This document shows positions 11,829 through 24,010 of a stretch of 64,000 nucleotides of DNA, in pieces (positions within the stretch are counted from its first letter, which is position 1; each line of letters begins with the position of its first letter). The stretch is from Trypethelium eluteriae. Taxonomy: Eukaryota. The notes beneath the pieces were generated by a model that saw only the letters and a list, made by a program, of their open reading frames with translations, did no database searches and had not been told where the DNA came from. Both the position numbers and the translations under genes were made by a program. The stretch lies in NCBI GenBank assembly GCA_051942245.1, contig JAVECL010000058.1, positions 1 through 64,000 of the forward strand, in the 5' to 3' direction.

Positions 11829-13659
11829 TCACGGCAACTCAATTCAGAAAGATGTCATTCGCTCATCGAGGCATTCCTTCTCCGCTCTCTCTCTTACGAT
11901 CTTCCCATGGACTCACGCATCCTAAGCATTTAGTAAAGAATTCTTTTCGTGTCATTGATAAGAAAGTGGCGTTACTGGATAAAACGTGTATTAATTCAAC
12001 ACTCTGAGATACCCTCAACGGCAGGTGACGAAAAGGGTGGCATCTTGCATGGCTTGGCGTCTTTTCAACTTGACGAACTCGATGAAAGCAACGAGAAATG
12101 GCATGAGGGACGGCGAGAATCATACATAAGCCGCACGCCTTCAACGGCGTTGACAGTTAACAGACTGCATAGAAACGTTGATAGAGGGACTAAGCGACCA
12201 AGTTTTTGCACTTGACGAAATTCATGATATGAAGAACCAACGCTGTGGTTCTCTAGTCCGCTTATGTATCCTACCTTGCCACTTGGGAAACGCGCCATCT
12301 CGATCAGTTGATAAGCTCTCGACTAATCATAAATAGTGTTCGCACTATATATACACCGCACTCAGCACCATGAGATGCAGCTCTTTCTGAGAAAGGTTGC
12401 CCACAATAGGATGATTGAATTCGTTCTCTGCCACCCTGCGTTCGGCTGGAGGGATGGGATTCAGAAGACTCATGCCAGCATCAAGCTAGCCTAGCGTACC
12501 AAAACTTCAACGTCAAAAGCTGGTGACCTCAATGAAATGCCCAATACCTATTCCATCATGACTGAGATATCACTGCAGCAAAAAGAGACGGCTCAGTCTC
12601 ATGTTGTAAGTACTTCTCGGCAGCCAGTTATTTCTTTCATCGCATCTTTCAATTCCAAATTATGGAGTACTAAGGTACTGCCCCATTTCCCTGACTCCAC
12701 TACGGAGCTTTCCCCGCAAAAGAGTGCGACTCAGCAGCACCGTCTGGTGTTCGCACCCCTCGGCCATTTCACTAAACTCCGGATTCCCGGGAGATCAGGC
12801 GGCCTATTCGTCCAATGTCTTACAGCGGCTGCACGAAAAACTTCTGGCTTCGAAAGATCGCCACAGGCCGCGCTTCATTTCCATGCTTTCGTCTCAACTC
12901 TAAATCTCCATGCGAAACGGCTCGCATCGTGCCACAACGTCAGCGACTCGATGGCCATGCAACGAATGGAATATGCGCAGCACAAGGAGCCTTCCTCGAA
13001 ACGTCATAGATCAGCTTCACCGTCTCTACGATCGCCCAAGCGGATCTTGGACATGGTCTCTCATGGGCGCATGGCTGGGACGCGTTCTTGTGGGGGTTTG
13101 GCGCACCCTCCACCTTGACGATAGATCTTCCGAGCTCCTTCCTGAAGCCCTCGAAGGTAGCGCTAGGACTACGTAATGTTTGGCTTAGTCCAGGCAGCTT
13201 GTAGCTCCCATGCCTTAAATCGGCTCTTCAACTATTACGACTCGGTACCAGCCGGTATGAATCAGCTCCAATTTGGCCAGAAGCTCTCCCTGTACCGTCC
13301 ATGAAGAGGGGAAATACGTGTATACAGGAGCTTCTATATCGAGCTTGTTGTACGCTTCTTCAAGCCGGCCCCCTTGGAGCCCTCTTTGGTCCAACGGACT
13401 AAGCCGATGGGGAAGTGGAAGCTAAGGTAGGGCTCCATTGCTTCTGATGCGGAGGTGCCTTCAATTACCTCTCATTACCTGAGAACAGTCCCGTCCATTC
13501 CCTTGAGGTACTCTGACAGGGTTATCACCGCATCCCGGTGGTTCAAAAGGCTGTTGCGTGCTCCACCTGCTCTCCGTTCTCCCTCGTATCTCTTTTCTGT
13601 ACTCTCGTATTTTGCTCGTAGCTCCAATTCAAAGACGTCACAGCCAGCCCTGGCACGTA

Positions 13660-14951
13660 ATGGCGGCAGAAGCAAATTACAATGCTATGCGAGGCAATAA
13701 CATGATGAACTCCCTCGAGAAAGACTTTAGCAGTGAGTTCTTTATTTGAGAAATCATCTCCGGATCATACGTCATTAATCCAAAAATTGTAGATGGTGCG
13801 GATCATCTTGATGGTAACATGAGCAGCGAGAATGCTTTGAGAAGGATAAGGACAGCCGGCAGCATTTCGATTTCACCTGAACTATTCGAGAAAATCTACC
13901 TTTCACCCCAAAATGCCGTCAAAGGTGACTTGCGAAAGACTTTCGGCAACCCAACGCCCCTGTAAGAATTTACTCCAGCTCGGCGAGCACCCAAAGAACT
14001 GTTCTAACTGACATATTCAGCGCTCTCTGCGGATTCCTGCTCAGCTTGACCCCTCTGAGTTGCGATCTTATGGGCTGGCGAGGCGCTGGTGGAAATGGAG
14101 CAGCTGGCACAGGAACGTATTTCTTCTTCGGCGGTCTGTTGATGATACTTGGGGCGGTTGGCGAGGTACGTGCAAATACACACTCACAATGATAACAGTA
14201 GCGGTGCTCAAACTGATTCGCTGATAGTTTATCGTTGGCAACACCTTTCCTTTTGTCGTTTTTGGTAGCTTTGGTATGCCTCACTCCTCATTCTTATTCC
14301 TATAGATGTACCACAGCTAACTAAGAAACCAAAGGTGCGTTCTGGCTGAGCTATGCAGCGACTCTGCAACCTTTCTACAATGCGTGGGGAGCCTACTCGA
14401 CGACGAACAATCCGAAGGACGGTCTTACAAATGCGAGCTTTGAAGCATCTTTTGGTACGCAACTTCTCGTGACATCCTCTTCATATCCTCCTGCATAATC
14501 TCCTCAAAGCTAATCCCCCCGACAGCCTTCTTTCTTGTCACCATGGGTGTCCTCTGCTTCATATATATGATTCTCGCCCTTCGCACCAACGTCGTATTCT
14601 TCCTGATCTTCTTTACGCTTGTCTTTGCCTTCAGCTTCCTCGCCAGCGCGTACTGGCAGATGGCGAATGGTGTCACCAGTAATCTGCCGATGCATCTCAT
14701 TACTGCGGGTGGTGCGTTCGCCTTTGTGACGTGTATTTGTGGATGGTGGATATTTTTTGCTATCATGCTGGCCGCTTTGGATTTTCCGTTTCAATTGCCC
14801 GGTAAGTTTCCATCAAGTCAAGCCTTGTCCCCATCGGTGAGCATAGGTAGAGTACTAATTGGTTGCACGCACAGTCGGCGATCTTTCTCACATCATCAAG
14901 GGTGCCAGCGATAAGGCAAGGGAAAAGGATAAAGAGCAGCACAGTGCTTAG
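13660..14951 (+). CDS. GPR1/FUN34/YaaH family membrane protein (AlcS-like, putative acetate transporter), multi-exon
   Basis: Spliced reading gives LRRIRTAGSISISPELFEKIYLSPQNAVKGDLRKTFGNPTPL, later ALRTNVVFFLIF and FPFQLPVGDLSHIIKG; several GT-AG introns. Confidence 0.9.
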
Positions 14952-15577
14952 GCCATGTAAGGCTGTCAGATCTGTATCTCTGTGCAACAGGATCATACAG
15001 AGGAATGGGACCTATGAGATGGCGATCTGATGATATTGCCCTTCTCTGGACCACGTCTGAACGATGATTCGGGGCGAACTGCTACTGGCTGGAAGAAGGC
15101 AGAGTCTACTAATTTGTGTCTAGGAGGTAGACTTGTAATATTGTACCACGCGTCTGCTACGTTTATTTCCTCCTCCAGCTCGCTACCTGAGGTAGCACGT
15201 TTATCATCGCCATTTTCATGCGGTCTTCGCGTAGCCGAATCCGTTCCAAAGCAATGTGGTCCAGAACTCCGAGGGGGCGGTGCTACGTCGGGGTAGAGTA
15301 TCCACTCCTTTGGGCCGTTCGGACATCACCGTTACCTACTGAACCACCTTCACACTTTATTTTGTATCCGTCTCAGGCATTGGCCAGCGCTGCTATCGTT
15401 GGATGCCTACATAAAATTGCGCTGCCTCATAGCACGTGTCGTATTTAATTAGCAGGATTCCAATATTCCGTCCTCAAGATTCACGACCATTCAAACTCTC
15501 ACTTTGCGATAGCATCACTGGCATAAGGCTGACAGAAGAGTCCAGTCATGTTCCATCATAAATGTACAATTATACAC

Positions 15578-16934
15578 CTAGAGAACACCTCCGCGAGTAT
15601 GGAACCATCCCCTTGCATCATCGGCTCCCATATGAGCAACAAGCAGCATCCGTCCAAACTCGTCCACGTCGTCCGCGTGCGCGTTTCCAATAATTTCAGT
15701 CAAGTCCAGACCATGGACAACATAGTGATTTCTTTCGTTCCAGACCGTGGTGAATTCCAACAAATTACGCGCACTCCAGAGATGCGCCGATGCGGTCCAG
15801 ATGCTTGAAAACGCTGTCCGACTTGAACAGTAATGGAATTGCTCTCTCATCACATGGCACATCGAAATGAAGAAATAGCAAGTCAGAAATGTCCGCCGAA
15901 CAGACTCGCGGAAGATCCAGGTTTTCCATATGGAGGTAGTCGATGCGGTCGGATAGTAGGATAGTGTTTCCGGTATAGGATCAATGATACCGACGAGTGG
16001 ATAGAGTGCTATGGCGGAGCTTTCCAGCTGCTCCAAGGCGGCTTCCGCTCGCGCGCGTTCGAGAACCTTACGTCAAGTGCGTCAATTACGTGGATACTAC
16101 TACGAGTCATGTAACAGGGGGATGCCTTACGCCACCATCAAAGAACAACATGATACAGTATAACACCAGAGCGTGCGCTTTAGCAAGCAATTCGCATGGA
16201 CCCACCGGAGCGGGACTTGCAAGCAAACCTTCCAGTCGGGTTCGGACATGCCGAAGTACAACGTGTGCATTTGCCTCATGTTTGGCAATATAAAGTGCAC
16301 AAGCGGCATGAGCGTCTTAGATGATGATAGTGGTCAGAACTCTGCCACCAGCTTGTCGGACAATCGGAGACTTACCTTGCAATGATGGAGGCATCTCCCC
16401 TTCATAGAGCAAGGGGTGACTCCATGCAGTTTGAGTCTTCAACACCATCTCTTTTGGTCCTGAATTGAGCTGGTCAATGCCATACTTGAAGCGGGAGGCA
16501 ATAATCGTAGACACATCTCCGAAAATAATTTCTTGGTTTACATGTCTAACCATCGGGTGGTCTGCCAGCGTTGGTGCCGGGAGATTGTGATCATCCAGAT
16601 TAATAGAGAAATTTCCATCAAGTTCAGATAGTAGATGACATGCAGTGAGGTCATTACTGTTGATCAAAGACGGATCAATCGAGTTAACCAGGCTCTCTCC
16701 CTGCGGCGCCAGAGGCGAGGAAACTTGAGCAAGAGAAGTCCCCAGAGAGTCGCTGGTTGAAGGCAACAGAGTCTCATTAGGGCTTAAGATCCGCGTAGAA
16801 GCGACGTAATTGCACTCGAGCTTCAATTTTCTGCAACGCGTGCAGCTCGGCAGACCTTGGTCACATCGTCGCTTTGATTTGATACATTCTGTGCAGGATT
16901 TCCGCCTAGGCGGGGGCTTTCTCGCGGAGGCCAT
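15578..16934 (-). CDS. Zn(II)2Cys6 transcription factor
   Basis: RRKSCTECIKSKRRCDQGLPSCTRCRKLKLEC, then TAWSHPLLY and WIFRESVRRT; ATG at 16934; internal introns. Confidence 0.9.
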
Positions 16935-17007
16935 TCCTAGCCATTCTCTTTGAGATCTGATTCCAAGTAGGAACCAGCAGCATAGAGCCTGATAGAGTAC
17001 GCGAACA

Positions 17008-17207
17008 CGTGGAACTCCGCAGGTGAAGTTTGGCTGAAGTGCGGAATTCCGCCAAACTGGTGCGGCGTGCGGATGCTCGGACGCTGTTTCGTATTTTTGG
17101 AAACCATGCCTCATCAATGATCTGAAAAAACATCATGGGAACTGATCACAGCAAATGCAGTCTACGTAATAACATCGGAGCAGCAGGATGAGTGCGGGAT
17201 TCCGCAC
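17008..17207. promoter_or_regulatory. Repeated CGG-N4-CCG palindromes, putative Zn2Cys6 sites in a divergent promoter
   Basis: GCGGAATTCCGC (17041-17052), GTGCGGGATTCCGCAC (17192-17207) and variant GTGGAACTCCGC (17009-17020) in the ~450 bp between the TF and NmrA starts. Confidence 0.5.
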
Positions 17208-17382
17208 CATGGCAATCTACTTGACCACTTGTGTGAGTGCCATAGTTGAGAGACATATAAAAGGTATGCCTTTCTGGCCAGTCACTGATCATTCTATGCT
17301 TTGTACTACGGAACTATAAATTCCAACAGTCTAATTCTGTTGCTCTCTGTATCTATTTCATAACTTCAAAGACTCCTTAGCG

Positions 17383-18333
17383 ATGACAGCTCGTTCAATT
17401 CTTGTCACCCGCGCTACGGGTACCCAGGGTATAGCTGTCTGCCGTCATCTACGTCAAAAAGGCTTCATCGTCCATGGCCTGGCTCGTAATATATCCGATG
17501 AGAGGACCGCCCCTCTGAAGGGACTCGACATCGAATTCTTCCAAGGTACAGAAGAAGACCGAGATGCAGTCGACCGCGCAGTAGCTGGATGTGCAGGAGT
17601 CTTTCTTAACACCATGCCAAACATGCGCGAATCGGGCTCAGAAGCTCGCCAATCCAAGACTGTCCTCGAAACCGCCAAAGCTGCGGGCGTCGAGCAGGTC
17701 GTGAACTCCACTTCGATCGGCGTTGGTAGACTGGATACAATTCGAAGCGACTTGAAGACCTCGTTACCTACTCAGGTCATCCAAGGAAAGGTGGAAGTTG
17801 AGGCAGCAGTCAGAGATGCTGGTATCGAGACTTGGACCATCCTCCGTTCAGGCTACTTCATGAATAATTTCCTGTGGCCATTGGGAAATGTGATGTTTCC
17901 GGAATTGGCGTCCGAACGCAAGTTCATTTCTTCTTACGCTCCGGACACACCACTCGCCTTGATTGACCCAGATGATATTGGCGCTTTTACTGCTGCGGCT
18001 TTTGAAGACCCGTCGAGATTTGCTGGTGAAGTTTTCGAACTTGTTGGGGAGAAGTTGCCCACCGAGCAGGCCATCGAAAAGCTGTCGGCTGCGGTGGGCA
18101 TGCCGATTGAGGCCGTGTATCGCACAGCAGAGGAGAGCGAGGCGCTGGCGCAATCTAATCCGATGGTCGCGAGTCAGCTTATGACATTGCCTATTCACAA
18201 GCTGGCCGACATGACGCGCGCTAAGTCCTTTGGAATCACGATGCATACTTTTGACGAATTCTTGACAAGGGAGAAGGATTCAGTCAGGGCGACATTTGCT
18301 TTGGAACACGGTGACGCCATTAAATTGTTCTAG
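17383..18333 (+). CDS. NmrA-like NAD(P)-binding protein
   Basis: ILVTRATGTQG Rossmann start, WTILRSGYFMNN, LIDPDDIGAF; intronless, 316 aa; TATA-like CATATAAAAG upstream. Confidence 0.9.
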   Translation: MTARSILVTRATGTQGIAVCRHLRQKGFIVHGLARNISDERTAPLKGLDIEFFQGTEEDRDAVDRAVAGCAGVFLNTMPNMRESGSEARQSKTVLETAKAAGVEQVVNSTSIGVGRLDTIRSDLKTSLPTQVIQGKVEVEAAVRDAGIETWTILRSGYFMNNFLWPLGNVMFPELASERKFISSYAPDTPLALIDPDDIGAFTAAAFEDPSRFAGEVFELVGEKLPTEQAIEKLSAAVGMPIEAVYRTAEESEALAQSNPMVASQLMTLPIHKLADMTRAKSFGITMHTFDEFLTREKDSVRATFALEHGDAIKLF

Positions 18334-19050
18334 TCATAGGACCTGGAAAGTTTTTCAGAAATCCGTAGTGGTTCGTATCTTGTTACTATAGAGGAAACGG
18401 CGGAGTTCGCACAGATTTTGGTAAAGATTTCCATGCTAGCCCAGGTCAAGCTAAAATTTGAGAATGATCTATTGCCATCATTTCGCAAATGTAGTTTACT
18501 ATGCTATCATCAAGCCAGCATTAGTCTCAAGACAACCTCAGTAACTCGCGCAGTATGAGCCGATTTGAGCAGAAGTTGAATCAAGGCTGGAAGAGTCCAA
18601 TGTAGTCTGGCATAGCTCTCACATTACTAGGTACCCTAATTAATTAGAGTTCTGTCGCGTAAACGCGACTGCAACAACCCTACGTCCCCCATTTATCTTG
18701 ACCCTTTAGGGCCCTAGGCCTTCTTTTATCGGTCATCCTCTATTACTGGATTGCCCGATTAAATGCGAGGCATTGGTCTGGAAGATCAAGGAAGGCAATA
18801 TCGTCAGAGTAGAGGTAGAGGAGAAAAGCCCTATTATGAGACTTAGAATCTCTAGAATTATCGCAGGCTCGTAGAGACCAAAAAAAGCAAAAGGAGCGAC
18901 TGGAATACTATTCTTCATATGTTACAAAATGTAAAAGGGAACAGATAGTAGTTTGGAAGCACCATACTGCTTATTTGTTGACAGTGAATTAAGATTTCAG
19001 ACTATCTTGAGAGGATAAGGATATGGTCTACCACGGACGGAAAGAGGTGC

Positions 19051-20109
19051 TCAGGTGAGCGAATTTCCCACGCCGAAAGGGCCCAGGATGCCGTAGTCTA
19101 TTCTGATAGACTCCATCATTGCGAAAGCATTCTCAGGGCCGAAGGGGTCCACTCCAGCCAGACGAGTGAGCCATTTCTCATTCGTCTTGTTGTTACAAAA
19201 GTCGGCAACGGTATCGAGGTAAACTTTGAACTCCGCCCATGAGTTACCTGGATTTGCCGCAATAACGGGTGCTATCACAGCGCCTGATGATATTGGGTTC
19301 GTTGAGTTGGGAGGATCACCGGATAATAGTAAGGCATCCTTGCAATTATTGAACAGGTCTGTAAGATACTCTTGCTCCAACTGGACGTCAGCTCGCGTCC
19401 CAGAGCGATCGAGATGACCTCCAATGTAGTGGTCGAAATCGTAAGCAAGAATTTGATCGAAAGCTTTTAGGAAGCCAGGAACGTTCTGGGCTTCCATAAG
19501 ACTCGCGAAAGGACCCCATCCCGGAACCGCAATGTCAACGACCATCAACACCTTCGATGATTTGGAATAGATGAATATGTTACCAGGCTCATGATTTGGT
19601 CCTTTGTAGCTAAGATCGAGGGTTTGGTTGTCAACTTGGAGTTTGTAGGAGTGTTCGAAGGTCGTAGTCGGTGCGGGACGATTAGGGTCTGAAGTCTCCG
19701 CCAATTCTTCGGCCGTCAGACGATGTGCAATAATTTCAAGGGTTTTGTTGGACCCATAAAGATAAGCGGCCCCGATATGATCCGCGTGGGCATGACTGTA
19801 GACCACATGGGAGACTGGTAGCTGAGTGATGGTACGAATAGCTGGCAGGAGCTTGTTTCCAATGGTTGGTGGAGCATCCACAACCACAACACTGGTAGTA
19901 GTCACGAAGAATGCCGCTTGATATGATCCATCCGTGACCATATATGCTCCAGCACCAAAATTGTCGACCCGATAACCTGTGGAATTGGAAACTGGTGGTT
20001 CGTTCGCGGCCGCCGGAATAGGGGCATATGTAGGGACAACACTTTCCGGCAGGTAGACGACGCCGGTCGCGACTGTCGCGGTGGCGAAGAGAACACTGAA
20101 GAAGTGCAT
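19051..20109 (-). CDS. Secreted metallo-beta-lactamase fold protein
   Basis: Signal peptide; VVVDAPP, YSHAHADHIG (HxHxDH), GPNHEPGN, YIGGH; intronless, 352 aa. Confidence 0.9.
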   Translation of the reverse strand: MHFFSVLFATATVATGVVYLPESVVPTYAPIPAAANEPPVSNSTGYRVDNFGAGAYMVTDGSYQAAFFVTTTSVVVVDAPPTIGNKLLPAIRTITQLPVSHVVYSHAHADHIGAAYLYGSNKTLEIIAHRLTAEELAETSDPNRPAPTTTFEHSYKLQVDNQTLDLSYKGPNHEPGNIFIYSKSSKVLMVVDIAVPGWGPFASLMEAQNVPGFLKAFDQILAYDFDHYIGGHLDRSGTRADVQLEQEYLTDLFNNCKDALLLSGDPPNSTNPISSGAVIAPVIAANPGNSWAEFKVYLDTVADFCNNKTNEKWLTRLAGVDPFGPENAFAMMESIRIDYGILGPFGVGNSLT

Positions 20110-20861
20110 TGTTAGCGATGTAGTGAAAGTATGTGTGCAAACGCAAAACTGTTAGTATAAAGTAAAGCAGGATAAAGCAGGAATACTAACTTCACTTACA
20201 ATAATCTAGGTTCGCTTTATATTGTGCTCTTTGCCTCGTTTACCATTGTCTTGATGTAGGTAGTAGTTTTGGCCCCCACGGTTGCTAATGCATGGCCACC
20301 GGAAGCATGTAAGCGGTAGACTCGAATGGTATAAGAGATGGCAGCCTGAAATGGCAGGCGGCTCAAGAACGCTGATTAATCTGCCTTTGAGCGAAGGCCG
20401 AGCACCGCTCCCATATAAACATACACACTTTTGGTAAGCATTATGAACGTCTGACTGAGGATTGATTTATCATATATGTTGATGGTCTGTTCTTAGACAC
20501 CGGTCAGGAAATTGCCACAGAGAATTGTAAGATATGGAATAGAAGAGAATGTCATTGCACTGAAATGAAAACGTTGACAGTCATTGGTTGACTAGAGAGA
20601 TTTGGGCAAGGAATGACTGAATAGCCTTGAAGCAATTAAGACCTCGATAGGTCCAAAAGCGTTCTGATGCCTTTAATAATGCTCCCGCAAGTCCGAACTG
20701 GTCTTGGGGTTCAGCCTACTTACCTAACACCTTTCTTTGCGTTACAACGTGAAGTCTATGATCTTTATTGGCTATGCAGTGAGATTGAATACCCGATGTA
20801 CACAAAAAGCCACCCAGCAGATTAGCCGAACGCGCAACCGAGACACCGGCCTGGTACATTC

Positions 20862-23629
20862 CTAGGAGCTGAGTCCAAGCTCCTTCAAGAAAGCATCTTG
20901 GTTTGGCTCGCGTCCTAGAAACTCCTTCAGTAGCTCCATCTCCTCTCTGCTTCCGCCCCGTTCTAGTACTGTATGCCTGTATCGCCGACCCTCGGTACCA
21001 TTCATGGGGTTCGCCTTAAAGGCCGTATAGAACATGTCTGCTGAGTAGACTTGCGAACTGTGCAGGACAGGAATCAGCCGCCAACCCTCAACCGCAACCA
21101 TACAAAGATTGGAAGGAGAACACTCACCTCAAGTAGCCGTAATACCCGGCATCGTAACCCCCAACCAAATGTCCAAACGTCGCCTCCCCATGTCCCCAAT
21201 CAAAACCCTCCCCCAACACCTCCGGCCCATCCAACTTACTAATCTCCTTCCGCAACCGATTATACGTCTCGCTAATCGGCATCTGCTCAATCTCCGCATG
21301 GCTCGCCGGCTCATGCACCGTCATATCAAAGATGCCAAAATGCAGCTGGCGCAGATTAAACAGCGCATCATTAACATGCTTCGTCCTGACAATCGAGTCA
21401 ATCAGCTCATCCGGCATCTCCTCAGGCGCCTTCGTCGACGCATCCTCGCCCTTCGCTTTACGCGTCTCGGCGTACTCCTCCGCGTAGCTCGCGCCGACGT
21501 ACGAATAGTGCTTGGAGAGCGCCTTTAGCTGCGACGGCGTCCAGCACCAGTTCTCGAGCATCTGCGACGGCGCCTCGACGAAGTCGCGCACCGTGTTCGT
21601 CCCGTGGAAGCGCGAGTATGCGGTACGTCCTACGAGGTCGTGGATGCCGTGACCGAGCTCGTGGAAGAGCGTGACGACTTCGTCGTGCTTGAGCAGCGAC
21701 GGCTTTTTCGGCGTTGGCTTGCTGAAGTTGCAGACTAGTGCCGTGGCTGGGTAGCGCCGCTTGGAGCCGTCGGGAAGAGTGGTGAGTGTAGAGGAGGGGA
21801 TGCTGGACGAGAAGGAAAGGGAAGAGGAGAGCGGGGGAATGGTGAAGCCGGGCTGCAGGTTGAAATTTGCGGCGTGACCGTACTTGCCATCGCGGGGGAA
21901 GAGGTCGAGATAGAGGTAGCCAACGAAGCTAGAGCCCTGGTCTTCCGCATCCCACACGCTGAAGAGGACGACGTCTTCGTGCCAGACGATGTCCGAGCCT
22001 TTGGAAATGCTGAAGTTCTTGGCTAGTGCATCACGTTCGTCGCCCTTGATCTCGATGAATTGAAGACCGAAGAGTTCTTCGAAGATGTGGAGCATGCCCA
22101 AGATGGTGTTTTGAAGAGGAAAGTATTCTGCTATTCGTTGTTGATCGAGGGAGTATTCTTTTTCGAGCATGAGCGTATCATAAAAGCGATGGTCCCATAG
22201 GTAATAGCGACCATCGTAGTTTCCACCTCGACTTGCGAAGTCTGACTTCTTGAGTTCTTTGAGCTTTTCTATCTCCTTAAGCCCTCCCGGAGCAAGCTTC
22301 GTACGAAGATCACTAAGGAAGTCATCGACCGTTTTAGGCGTCTTAGCCATCTTGTCCTCAATCTTGAATGTGGCATGGTTAGGATAGCCAAGGAGCCGGG
22401 CAGCCTCATCGCGGAGAAGAACAGCTTCTTTGAAGATTTCGATATTCTGGTTCAGCTTATTTTCGTTTGCAATGAACATCTTGTGTCGTGTTTCGGGATC
22501 CTTGGCATATTTTTGGGTAGGAAACAAATCCGGATATTTGAATGTTACTCTAATTTTGCCCTCATTCTCTGTGCCTGGTTTCCCTTTCTCCAGTCCCGAC
22601 GTGACATCCTCTGGGACGCCTTCCAATTGCTTCGGTGTAAACCATATACCCCCATTTTCCTCGTTAAGGTTCTTTTGAAACGTAATGCTCAGATCTGACA
22701 GTCGCTTCTTGATTTCCTTGAATCGATCACGTTGCGGCCCAGCAGGAATTTTAAGACCATTGCGAACGTAGTCCTTGTACGACTTCTCTAGCAAACGCTG
22801 GGATTCGGGGTCTAGATTTTCCTTCTTTTGCAGCGCAGCATCCACCAGTTGGTAAATATCCTCACGCATCATCCTGGTTCCAGTTGTCAGTAACTCGTCA
22901 AATGTTGCCCTTCGAACCGGATGGCGTTCTTCGCGGACAAAGGATTAGAGACACTCACGAGTCGATCGCGAACTGATCCATCAACTTCTCCGCCTCCGTG
23001 CTCGCATCCCTCAAAGTCTTATCAGTACTTATCGCTTGATAAAATCCAATGATGTGGCTCTCTAGCCCTTCGTAATCGTCTTCTCTCGCCATTTTCAACA
23101 ATGTATTCTCAAACGTCGCCTGCGCTGGTTTCACATCCCGAACTATGTCATCCTGCACCTTCTTATTCCGCGCAATCATCTGCTTCGTCTCCTCGATTAA
23201 TGATTTTGGGGTGGCCGTGAAGCAGGGCGGTGGTTGTGGAGGATGCTGGTAGCGTGCTGGTGCCATGGAGACGTTCGAGAGAGGTCTTGAGGCTGCAGGC
23301 CGTGCTTTGGAAGCTGAAGGAGCAAATTGAGATACAATATTGGAGAGACGGGGTGAGAAGCGTGGGAAAGCCAGGTTAAAGGCGAGAGCGAGGAAGAGGA
23401 GGACGGAGAGGAGGAAAAGGAAATACGAAGCTCGCTTCAGCGCCAGCCTGTGTGATTTCCGGCGGTGTGATAAATTAGGATTGTTTTCTAGGTAAGGGAC
23501 TTGCCGAACTCCCTCAATGGCACTGGGAGTAGCGATTGCGTATCGTGTCACGGATGAGGAACGTGGGTATGCAGCAGGGTTATATGCAGATCTCGGCCCT
23601 GCATGGTGTTGCATCTCTCTTCTCCACAT
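20862..23629 (-). CDS. PRD1: M3A metallopeptidase (saccharolysin/thimet oligopeptidase); second start at 23266
   Basis: FHELGHGIH (HExxH), YLDLFPRDGKYGHAA, RDFVEAPSQMLENW, GYDAGYYGY; introns 22874-22958 and about 21058-21127. Confidence 0.93.
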
Positions 23630-24010
23630 TTTGGGTACGTTTCAACTTCGCGATGCTTGGCGTCTGACCTGCAACACCTCGGGAATCACGATCGATCGAA
23701 TTCTGCAAAATTCCCATTGCTAGCCTAGGTAATATTGTATTTGGGCCAATGTGGAGTCGATTAGTATCTGGGATCCTTTCAACGAGTCTTGATACTACGA
23801 TTTGTAAATGATGCAGGGTGTGCTATTTACTGGATCCATGGTTTACTACAGCCTTGATCCAAACAGTGCAAGCTTAATTAGGATATCGAGTCTAGTGAAC
23901 TGAAACAGCTGAGAAATACCGTCATGTTCCCTCCACACAGACAAGGAATTTTCCGTGGAGCATCCCAGACATGATTTATCCTCATTAACCTATCCTCTGC
24001 TCCACTACAC

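Noticed and set aside
12537..13176. 193-aa ORF upstream of the AlcS-like gene
   Set aside because: No recognisable domain; probably part of a long promoter region.
18600..18960. TpA-rich stretch as a RIP-mutated transposon
   Set aside because: No TIR, LTR or coding remnant identifiable by eye.
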